A stretch of DNA of 63,356 bases, the filler included, from Phoronis australis (lineage: Eukaryota; Animalia; Phoronida): the NCBI GenBank assembly GCA_002633005.1. It is 7 parts of 7 records of this genome, joined end to end, with 100 filler letters (N's around TTAATTAATTAA, not from the genome) between each part and the next. Parts side by side here need not be neighbours in the genome. Positions count along the whole stretch, not along the records: positions 52,263 to 56,063 come from NMRA01002831.1; positions 56,164 to 63,356 come from NMRA01002057.1; 5 more parts are not named here. One strand, written 5' to 3'. Position 1 is the stretch's first letter. Each line of letters starts with the position of its first letter. The translations under genes were made by a program, and so were the position numbers. The notes under the pieces are model-generated. The model searched no databases. It was given only the letters and a program-made list of their open reading frames with translations, and had not been told where the DNA came from. Positions 52,809-63,356 of this stretch are shown here, in pieces.

Positions 52809-54656
52809 CTGGAAATAATGGATCATTACACCGCAAGAAAACTGGATACTCGTTCAAATTTATTGATTAATTTGGAACTGCGTTTTCTCCAATTTAGCTT
52901 TGCAAAAAGCAAAGCTAACTCTTGCCCCCAACCCATTATTTGTAATAGAGCCCCAGGGTAGTTGTTTTAGGGTTTGACCACTTCATAAGACCGTAACTGC
53001 TCAGGAAACTGGGCGCATGAAACCCGTTAGGAAGACTTGGGCCAATGCTGCCTCTGTCGCTCACGAAATCTGGCAGACGACTACTCACTGTGTCCACGGA
53101 GTCATGTCTGTACTTTACATGAAGAAATGTGCGATGAAACAACGTTCTTGGCGATCCGTTTGACTATCTACTAGTTCAGGCCTCACACAAGCATCACCGC
53201 TCTCACCCGTCCTCTTGAACATAATTAAATTTAACTGTACCGCAAAATAGATACCATTTCGCTCGCCAGACTGAATCGCGCGGAATGCCGTTGACACACA
53301 TTTGCAGACAATATCTTGGTTACTTGTTATGGAAAATCATCTACTATTCTCGGCAGCACACAGTCTACACAAGGAACCCGCAACTATTGTGCTTCCTGCG
53401 GCATGAGTGGCAATGTTGACAATGTGAATTTTTTCTGCATACTTGACAATTTCTTGGTACACATAACACTGTGCAACGGCATAGACATTGCTGTCTCCGA
53501 TCTTTATAATATTGGCGTTCAATGTGACCGTCGTTCATTTTCACAGCCCGCGTGAGCAAGATGCACACTCGATTCAACACATCTACACATGCAGAGGAGA
53601 GGAATCCAGTAATACTTTACTGGCAAGAGCTTGGTCTAATCCGCTGTCAGTTATGCTATATTAATGCTCAACATGAACCACAACCACATCAACACAGGTC
53701 TTTGTGTCGCCACAGGATGCACAAAGTCTTCCTTCACCGCATCACTCAGTACGGCGCTGCTATTCCTAGCGTTGTGGAGAGAAAGGGGCGGCAACAGGTC
53801 ACAATTACAAAAGCAATCTAGAAATTCGTGCACCCTCTGCACAATCAGATATAAAAATCTTTTGACAGAGGCACGACATTTGCTTTCGTTCTTCAAGAGT
53901 AAAACTTCTAGACTATCTTTATCTTCTAGTAGAATGCCGTCGCCAGAGGCTAAGACGGAGCTCTTGGATATCTGCAGCTGAATGTTTGACTTTTGAATGA
54001 CTTATTGACCAACACTAAATCACTGCAGCTACTGACTGGTTGTCAATTGATGAGGTCGACGAACACCCCACCCTGTCATTGTTACTCTTAACAGTCATGC
54101 AAAGGAATGTCCAGCTAGGACTACAGAGGCTCTTTGTCGCCAACTGCTTTGGAAACCTGTAGGTGAAGATCACATTGTTGGCTTTGATTGATGACTTTTT
54201 CGGAAGACAACATTCCAGGTTTTTGGAATCATTACATCTGTTCATGAAACACCACTATCGATGAAGGGTCTGAATGTCACAGTCTATACACTTGCAGCAG
54301 TTGCATGCAAGTCTAGGCCATACAATCTTTAATACAGAGACACCCTTTGAGATCGCTGCTGCAAGCCAATGAAAGTTTATACACAGCTCATAGGCAACAC
54401 CACTATAAGTACATTCCATCTCCTGACGTCAGAGTGGAATATTGATAGACGATTAGAGTTCCATATCATCAATGACGTGCGACATGTAATTACACGTAAT
54501 TACAATTAATTAATAAAATATGTCTCAACAAGAATGGTCGGCATTTAAACGCCAATAAGCACATAGTATATTTACCTATGGAGTGGCGAATAGTAGTTAC
54601 AGTTATTAAAACTATTTTAATTCGGCCCTGTATCTACATTGTCCCAGGAATCTTAC

Positions 54657-54747
54657 CACTGAAGCTCATCACAGTTCCGTCTGTTCCTTGAAAGACACCT
54701 TCAGTATTCAGATCGTGAAAGCCCAACCACAATTCCGCAGCATTACT
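54657..54747 (-). CDS. C-type lectin domain, middle exon (SNAAELWLGFHDLNTEGVFQGTDGTVMSFS)
   Basis: WLG+.D...EG.F...DG motif; phase-1 GTAAGA donor matches the next exon. Confidence 0.88.
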
Positions 54748-56176
54748 CTGGGAAAAGTGAAAGTAGGTATAAGTTCTTAAAGCCCGGTTTCTGTCAAAAA
54801 CAGTAACTAGACATGCAAATAACTCATGATTTATGCAAGCTGATCCAGGATTTAGAAAATGGTGCTCTGATAGGAATAACAAATACTATGATGACGTCAT
54901 TCATAATTTGCGTTAAGAGCTTTTTTAGGAGATGACAAAATGTTACAGCGTTAATCAATTGGGAACATAAGAAGAAGGAAGACTACACTGGTGGTAGAAC
55001 CCCCAAGGGAAGTACAAGTGTTACTCAGCTTTGAAAACTATTATCAAATGAATTGGAGTATTCACGACTAAAACCAAGCATCTTAAATTAAGAAAGAAAA
55101 AACAGACTAGAGTTCCTTAAAGGTCTCGCAATGTGAAAAATCAAGCCAAAATCACGTGCTCTCATTGAAAATACACGACACTACCGCGCGGAATCTCACG
55201 AGATCCTGATTTTCTAGAGAGACACTAGCATTACTGAACGATCCCCAGACGCAAAATCACAAAAGTCTTCGCGATATATCGTCACGAATTACAAGCAAAT
55301 ACGTGATCAAATTAGCTTTATTCGGGAGATTTTTGCTTCAGCTAAACTCAGTTCAGGTCTCATCAAACAAGTTCAGTTGGTGAACTAATTATGTCTAATT
55401 ACTCTTCGATGAATATTTTAAACGGGAACCTCTTCTTCACTTATTTGCATATGTACTGGTCTCATTCCAGATCCTCCAAGAAATCAATCAGCCGTGAAAA
55501 ACTGTCAACTGGTGAAACTTTCAAAGTGCACTTCCTTCATTTTTTTGCCCAAACACAAAATTCAGTGAAAGGTTCAGACTAAATTAGTATCTAACTTGGA
55601 AACTGCAGTGTTTCTTAAATGCATACAAGTCATCTTCTCGTTCAAGGAAAAGTAAACTTGCAAACAGTTTTCGCCAAGTTCACTGTTGATTTACAATAAA
55701 ATTTCTTTTGATTTTCGTCTCATCTAATTATATGATAGCTTCGACGAAAGTAGTAACGTTTTTCTACAATATATCATCAAAATGCTGCGCCCTCGTTGTT
55801 CAAAACTGCATTTTCTTGCAAACCACTTCATGCATGTCAGTTGTAAAATGCTGCAATACTAGCTATGCATGCACACACCCAGGGGGCTCGGGGGGCACGT
55901 TCGAGAAAAGTGGGCAAAACGGTCAGCCTTAGCAAACAAGAAGTCCGAAAAGTAGAATAAGAGGCAAAAATCCTCTATAAAGGCAGGAACAATTCATATT
56001 TTTTAGTAAAAGGTTCACATTCTCAAAATTTCGCGCCCCCCATTTTTAGGCTGGGTGTGTGCANNNNNNNNNNNNNNNNNNNNNNNNNNNNNNNNNNNNN
56101 NNNNNNNTTAATTAATTAANNNNNNNNNNNNNNNNNNNNNNNNNNNNNNNNNNNNNNNNNNNNCATGGACCCTCAC

Positions 56177-56254
56177 CCAGTGTTCATTGACGTTTGTTAC
56201 AACTGCAAGTTTGTTAATCTCATTAGCGCAAGCATTAGACAAGACACTTGGTTT
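56177..56254 (-). CDS. Probable C-type lectin N-terminal exon (KPSVLSNACANEINKLAVVTNVNEHW)
   Basis: A..C.....LA.+....E..W pattern; TGCAG acceptor, phase-0 GTGAGG donor compatible with 54657-54747. Confidence 0.6.
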
Positions 56255-56822
56255 CTGCAGGGGTTTTACTGCAACTTTGGTAATTGAAAACATGGTAATG
56301 GACCGGTTGACCACCTTTTCATTGTACTCGCGTGACATAAACAATGATACTTCCAAGCAGCTCAAAACAAGCAATCGCATCTATTTATATGTTACAAAGC
56401 ATAATTAATACATGACTGCATAATGGGGCTCTTCGGAAAATCTACAATAACTATAGGGTGCGCGTGTACTAGTGGTGATAGATTAATAGCCTCGATTTCG
56501 CGAGCCCTTTAAATACATGGTGAAATGGCTTACAGCCGTTCCAACTGAATCTGAGATTGCGTAAAAAAGGGGCTTCTACATGTATGAGAGGAAGTAAGCA
56601 CGACCTTATACAAAGGTAAGGTTTGTGATTATTTTAACGATTATTCCATAATTATTCTACTGATGCCTGTGAACTGATGTCAGTTGCTAGTCGCGTTAAT
56701 CTTTGTCTGTTAAGATATGTGATACGATACATGAAGTAGCAATCAGTATCTTTTCGTACATGAAAGCATTATTATTGTTTGGAATGATCTCTAACAGTTT
56801 ATCAGTGACAGTTACCTCAATC

Positions 56823-57744
56823 CATGGGCAGATTTAAGGGGGGCCCAGGGGGCCCGCCCCCCCCCCCCCCCNNNNNNNNNNNNNNNNNNNNNNNAACCCC
56901 AGTAATTAAAATTATACGGATGAAACAAGATTTAAGTGTGTGCAGTTTTAGTGTTTGGGGGGTCATATCCCGGCCAATTTCAAGTGTCAAATTCGGAACA
57001 CGGCGCATTCGTAACGGAACTATGGCTACAGTAAGTATAGGCTCTCCCGCGATATCCCAAGCGACCGGCAGTGGCGCTGCGCACTACGACTCCGTTTCCG
57101 TCGTCTGCTCCACTGTGCAATTAAGAAAGCTTACTTCATTTTTAAAGAAAATGGAACCTGAGTGACGATGAAAAAACAGAAGCTGCTGGTAAGATGTGAA
57201 TTTTAATCGAAGCCCTAGTGAATGACTTAGAAACTCGCAATACTCTCTTTGTCAAACCTTATCTTAATACGATTTCCAAAGCAATCCCGTCATTAAATAC
57301 GGAAATTTGTTACGAATCGATGGCACAAAATATAAAACGGTTAATAAGCATTACAAAAAGAAGTAGGTTTCGCGCGCAAACGCTGTGGACCATAACCAAG
57401 TAGGTGTCTTAGTAAAAGATTAGTAGTGAAATCGTGGTGGTGTAGTGGTAACGCACGCGAGCTCTATCCTCCAGGTCGTGAGTTCGAGTCTTTCGTACTT
57501 GCAGTTTTTCCTGTTTGACACGTTCTCCGTTTTTTGCCTTTTTTTCTTGGATAATACTTCAGGAATCAAGGAAAATGCCTGATTTTAGAGGTAAAAACAG
57601 AAAAATTTCCTGGGCCGGAGGGGGGCAAGCCCCCCCCCCCCAATCGGTGCTATTTCGCATCTACAATCGTGGTTCGGTTTGCGCAAATGCTTACAGCCGG
57701 ACAAAATGTTGGCCCCCCCTTGTGATATCCTAGATCCGCCACTG
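56823..57744 (+). mobile_element. ~920-bp non-autonomous TIR element containing a tRNA-like segment (57431-57500)
   Basis: Termini CATGGGCAGATTTA / TAGATCCGCCACTG; internal A box TGGTGTAGTGG and B box GTTCGAGTC; no matching TSD. Confidence 0.6.
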
Positions 57745-57748
57745 GGAT

Positions 57749-58735
57749 GAAGTCTTTGAATTGTGTCTTAACAAACTGTACATTGATACTGATAAGGTCC
57801 TTAAACTTTGACTCGCAACCAATTACGAAAGTTACTCACGATCGCAGTTAAACAGGACCCTTTTCTGTTTGATGATAACTTTTACGACCAGACTGACGGA
57901 ATGGCCATGGGTTCACCCCTGGGACCAGTGTTAGCTAATATTTCCATGTACAATCTTGAGACTGAGGCTCTGGCTGGTTGTCCACCGGATTGCAAACCAC
58001 ATTTTTATCGTAGGTATGTTGACAATACTTTGTTATGTTTTCATCCAAGAACTTGATCAACACCTATTTCAATGACATGAACAATATGCATCCGTCCATC
58101 AACTTCACCTGTCCAGTGAATCTGAGGACTGACGAGACATGTTTACCTTTTGTAGATGTCTTGGTTAAACGTGAGAATAGCACCATTGCTACATCTATGT
58201 ATCGTAAGCCCAGTTTTTCTGGCTTTATCTTAAATTTGATAGTTTTGTGCCGATCTAATAAAAGAGAGGTCTAGTCAATTGCTGATTACACCGTGCCTGG
58301 AGAATGCGTTCCACAAATTTAAATTTTGATAGTGACGTAGCTAGGATTTTCCAGTTATTGCGTGCCAATGATTGCCCTCAGAATTTTTTAAATAGCTGTA
58401 AAAGGCACTTCCTTTCAAAAATGAATGAGGCAGATAAAGTAGCTGTTATTGGACCCGAGATAAAGAAAGTTTTCTTTTATCTTGGTTACACCGGGCCAAG
58501 TAGTATAAAATTGAAACGTCAATTATCTCGCCTCATTCATGCATAGACCCAACAGTTGAACTGATAGTTGTTTTCAAACCTCTTTGGAAACTTTCCAATA
58601 TACTGTATAAACTGAAGTCACCCATCCCTTTATTGAACAATAGCAATGTTGCTTATAAGGTTGAATGTGACAACTGTAAGGAATTCTATATCGGACTCAT
58701 ACAGAAGCGCCTCTGAGACAGGCTGAAAGAACATC
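57749..58735 (+). mobile_element. Penelope-like retroelement relic (RT plus GIY-YIG endonuclease), frameshifted
   Basis: YDQTDGMAMGSPLGPVLANI, YRRYVDNT (YVDD lost), HPSINFT, LPFVDVLV, YRKPS, then NVAYKVECDNCKEFYIGL..KRL*DRLKEH. Confidence 0.92.
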
Positions 58736-60914
58736 ACACCTCAGAGAAAAACAACAGGCATTGTGTTTTTAGAGCTGTATGTTGACACTTGTTGTCTTTT
58801 GTAAATAATTACGCTGATGATGTCCAAAGAATATTGAGCAGACATCAGCAGGTAAAAGTGGCCAACTTCAAAGTAAATAACATGGACACCTTTTTTCTGA
58901 CTTGATGTTCTAAGACCCGTGTCAAAACAAACCATATCGTCACTGAGTGTAACGGGGTTTCCAAGGTGATACACATACTAACGAAGTAGCCACCGATGTA
59001 AGGCTCAATATGCTTTTAAAGAGCATTGCCTTAGACACTTCCTATTGAAAATTATCAAACAGGTTACCAAACCATACTGTTAATATTTATTATGCACTGA
59101 AGTCCATACCATGATCATATGATATAGATTATTGACCAACGACAGCTAGAAGGTTGACTGTATGGGATCACAGGTAATAATTTAAATAAGTAACAGCGGA
59201 TAAATAAAAACAATGAATAAATAAATAAATATATAAAGATAAATAAATAATAATAAACGAAGAATAAACAATAGATAAAAACAAACATTTGATAATGCAG
59301 CAATATTAAAATTAGCAATTAAATAGTAAATTATTTTTTAGATTTGAATGTATTAGGACTGCATAGAAATGAAAGAAAGCAATGGGCATAGAATAAACTT
59401 ATCAGTAGTTCCAAAACTCATGCAAACAATTTACGATGTTTTTCTGTATAAGCGATCAAATGCAGGGAACACTAAAGACATTAAGTTCAAATCACCCACT
59501 CATTCACTGGTTGACTGGCAACAGTTTCACGCAAAAACATCCGTTATTTCAATCGTGAACATCATCTACAGTGTATCATAATCTGTCAGTGGCTCCCCGG
59601 CCAACCCGCGATCGAGTGCGCCCGGAAGACGATTGAGAACGAGACCTTGCGCCAAAAATGGCAGACGACAGTCACGTACCCGGTAAGTTTAAGTGTCATT
59701 TTCTGCTTATATAGAGGCCACTTTGGTACGATTGTTACACACAGAAAAGCGTCAGAGTGTAACCTTTGTTGTGGATATGAAATAATACTTGGCTTTCACT
59801 TATTTTTCAAAATAAAGAGCTCAGAAAGCAATGGCTTTCGGTAAAATGCCTTGCGCCTCGTAAAATCGACAATTTCTACTTGTTATTAGCAATTCCAGGG
59901 TTCTTATGAAGAGACGTGGGACGTTTTTAGTTTTATCGTCCCTGGTGACACCTTTGTTAGTTAAGATTTGTGAAACAATTTGAGATATTTACCAATACAA
60001 GCAGGTATCGTGTGAGACGGCGATCGGGAACGATGTCGTTAATTCTCTATGGCGATCGTGAACGCAAAAAGCGATCATGAACGTACATTTTTCCTCTGCA
60101 TTGGCCTGAATAGTCGTTAAAGCTACGGTATTATGTCAGTAATTTTAGAATAATACGGACCCCGTGAATTAGTTGATGGGTTAATTATTAATTACATTTC
60201 ATCGTTTTTTCATTATATCTAAGTGAGATTTAGCCTAACAAACATAACTGAATGCTTTTGATTTTTTTCAGTTGAATTGTAGCCACACGACGAGTCCTTC
60301 AGGGTGTTAACGCCCACGCCTTCAAAAAAGAGTAGTACAACCAAAGATTGTACAACTGCTGCATGTCATAACGGAGTGTGTGTGTGTGTGTTGTGGAGTC
60401 TCGTTCAGGAACTAAGAAATCGACTTAGTATGACCACGTGGCAATAAAATACAGTGACACTACAACAAATCAAGACCTTTACCAGCGCTGTGATTGACGC
60501 ATTGCATGGGTCAAGAGTNGTCAATTTTTTTCCAATGCAATGTTACGACATTTACTGAATTAAGGCTTATTCATGTTAATTCGATAACTGATCTGGTAGT
60601 CCTGGGGGTGTCCGCGATAAAATAAGGAAACTCACTCATCTAGAGAATTTTATTGGAAACAGCATAGTTTTGAAGAGAAACTGCTGTGAAAAAGTCGCCC
60701 TTGACTTCTGTGCATCACGTACCATACACCTCTTATTTTGGGAGCACTCCCACCCAGGACAATATGAATATGTGCTGCTAGCCTACCCGGCATCGGGTGA
60801 CTTTCCTAAAAGAAACACTTAGTTCCACTCAATAAACCTGTCATTCAGTGGGGTTACTGGTGGGGATAACATCACCGAACGATGTTGATAGAAACTTGAT
60901 TGCTAAAAACTTAC

Positions 60915-61079
60915 CAAGTAATGTTGTGTAGTCTCCGAATGGAACTGCATAGTCATAGAGCACACACGGGGCTTCAGCATCCACACACTTTTTGTCAGTT
61001 AGTTGACCCTTTTGACCGCAATTGTCCACAAATATAGTAACCTTAGGTCTTTTGGGAATTTGTGGCCACCTGTCGAAGA
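60915..61079 (-). CDS. Putative exon of the WSC/C-type lectin gene (..KVTIFVDNCGQKGQLTDKKCVDAEAPCVLYDYAVPFGDYTTLL)
   Basis: Open frame with strong G|GTAAGT donor; acceptor ambiguous (61069 or 61079); partial variant duplicate at 61090-61250 across a single N. Confidence 0.4.
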
Positions 61080-61447
61080 CTTGCACCANGTCTCCGAATG
61101 GAACTGCATACAGTAGTCATAGAGCAAACACGGGGCTTCAGCATCCACACACTTTTTGTCAGTTAGTTGACTCTTTTGACCGCAATTGTCCACGAATATA
61201 GTAACTTTAGGTCTTTTGGGAATTTTGGTCACCTGTCAAAGACTTGCACCAAAGAAAATAGAAGTAATAAGGCTAAGGGCGACGACGTATTTTGATAAGA
61301 ATTCATCTTTTACCAGTTGTTTACATGCAGACAGCCATGCATGCGCAATTTAATCACCACTAGTACAGCAGCGACACCGCGAGGAGAATTCTCCAAATAG
61401 CCCCATTTAGCAAAATGATTCGTGCAAATCTACAGCAAAACACTCAC

Positions 61448-61696
61448 CTGGGTGGTCAGCTGCAAACGCTACTTCATAATGTTCGTCCCTGCAGTTACTC
61501 TGTCGTTTGAACTTCACCCTGTCCCTGTACAATTTATGGACACAATAGCATGTTTTGTCTCCTCTGTGGAAAACGGCGTACAGCCGTTTATAACCGGCTC
61601 CAACTTTGCATTCCAAGGCGCATTCGGCGAGTGTCGATGTTCCAGGTCGCTTTTTCCATCTCTGGCCAGGTAACGTTAACGTGTAACAACCTAAAG
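61448..61696 (-). CDS. WSC-like cysteine-rich domain exon
   Basis: LGCY...TLAECALEC...YAVF...CYC...C pattern; ACAG acceptor, GTGAGT donor, symmetric phase 1/1. Confidence 0.75.
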
Positions 61697-63356
61697 CTGT
61701 CAATTTATTACTCGATATAGAGTAAAACTCACTGTCAGTAACGGACCTGCGCACAGCAGAAGGTCATGTTTCATAGACTATACTTTCTATGGACTACAGA
61801 CAAACTAACTCGCTGAAAACAAACTCGCAGTCGTTTTCAAGGTCTGAAAACAAACCATTTACCTTGTTTACGAATCGCTTCTAAGGCCAGTTTCAAATAA
61901 TTTATCAAAGAAGTTGTGCATGTTGGGATTGTTATAACACCCTATCGACCCCAAACTCTACGATCCCCTCGGCCCACGGCGCGCAACACCCTCGATCATG
62001 TGTTAACCAGCTCGACACAATCTGAACATAGAATGCGCGCTGACTTGCAGGGCTAACGAGTCTGGCCGTGAGCTCGGCCGGCTTCCTTGCTTTTTTGCAA
62101 TCAAGAGAGTAGACGCGACAAGTTTGAAAGCCAAAAAAACATTACGCGCGCTCCCAATCCGCTATTTCAGATCATCTGATTACACAACTTTCTGTTTTAA
62201 CCACTAGACTTGAGCCAGAGCAGATTCGCGGTTAGGTACATGGAAGTCTGACTACATGTACATGTATAGAGTCACTTAACAACGTAATATGATAGTGAAA
62301 TGTGTAAAAAGCGCAGATACAATTCATTGCCGGAGGTCGTCGGTGTAGGAGGTTGTGGCTCTTGGGCTTATCGGTCGAGGGGGTCGTGGGTGGAGGGGTT
62401 TTGAGAACTGTCTTACACATAGGGACATATATCGTTTTGTTTAACAGTTCTGACAATGGATAACGGAAGATCAGGTGCCCAGGGTAAATAAAATTATTTT
62501 ATTAGTTCTGTTGTTGTTATCGGGTCAAAATCTTTCCATGAAAACATACCCGGTAACCAAAAACATGTGATAATTAAGAATACGGCACTCTGGACAGGAG
62601 TAACTGAAATGTAAGCCTGATGTTATGTTGTCCGCTACATTGTCAGATCTCCGAAAACACATTCAAAGTAACCGTGAAGAGGGTTAAAAGGCCAAAATTA
62701 TTGTTTTTGTGAGAAACAATAAGAATTACATTATCTAAATAACAATCAAAACCACTTTAATAGTGCCTGCACGGAAGAATCAGTCAAAATGCAATAATCT
62801 GGAAACATCACTTGTCGCGAAGTTTGAAATTGGTATCTCACGGGTTGCCCAAGCTCCAAACAATTGAAAATTTGTTCAGGACTCTATTAAAGAATAAAGA
62901 AAATTAGCAATTCGCTTCAACTGTGTCGCCAGTTATGATCAGATAATTCATCTTCCAGTTTTAATAAAATACTTTAAAGAGTTACCACCATGGCCCTGTG
63001 TCTGAAAGAACTTTTGTTACCGTGTGACTTTTAATTACATGTATGTCGCTAAGCTAGTTACTTAATCTATGTTCAGTTGAGAGCAGAGATTTATTCCGCA
63101 GGTACATGTAGGAACGTCACGGAATAAAGGCTGTGGACAATGAAAAGTGTTTTGCGTTTAACCAATTCGTGTTACTAAACAAACCAAATGTGTTTTGATA
63201 TAATCGGGGTTGTACGTAATGGGTGGAAGATCGTCTCCGCCGTTGTTTTTTCCCGTGCGGAACTTAGGAGTTGTGAGGGTAGTCTGTGGAGAGCCACCTT
63301 TTTCAGACATGAAAAGGTGCCTTTGTGGAGGAAGACTGAGAACGCCTCTGTGTTCG

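Noticed and set aside
53300-54300. Cluster of overlapping ORFs in the lectin intron
   Set aside because: Looks like decayed coding sequence but no family could be recognised; needs BLASTX.
57431-57500. Functional tRNA genes here and at 9828-9900
   Set aside because: A and B boxes are present but no acceptor or anticodon stems could be paired.
61090-61250. Tandem mutually exclusive exon pair
   Set aside because: The copy is partial, has frame-shifting indels and joins at a single N; more likely an alternate haplotype.

Overview
Intron-rich, repeat-rich eukaryotic DNA, most plausibly from an invertebrate animal (species not determinable by eye). It is a draft scaffold with six artificial 100-bp linkers (44N-TTAATTAATTAA-44N) and several single-N joins flanked by near-identical duplicated sequence. 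All recognisable genes lie on the minus strand: (i) two spliced exons of a phosphonoacetaldehyde hydrolase (PhnX-like HAD enzyme); (ii) four in-phase exons forming the N-terminal half of a low-specificity L-threonine aldolase, whose 3' half is not visible; (iii) a complete dynein light chain LC8; (iv) exons of a multidomain extracellular protein with WSC and C-type lectin domains, possibly polycystin-1-like. Most of the remainder is transposon-derived: a duplicated, decayed intron-containing hAT transposase element with matching MITEs, Harbinger-like and CMC-like MITEs, a Penelope-like RT/GIY-YIG relic, tRNA-derived SINE heads, and two copies of an element built from ~148-bp monomers that each carry a CTCF-like motif. 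The best candidates for new biology are the phosphonatase/PLP-aldolase neighbourhood and the phased CTCF-like motif arrays; both are inferences needing computation. No rRNA, bona fide tRNA or CRISPR array was seen. All coordinates and alignments were read manually.
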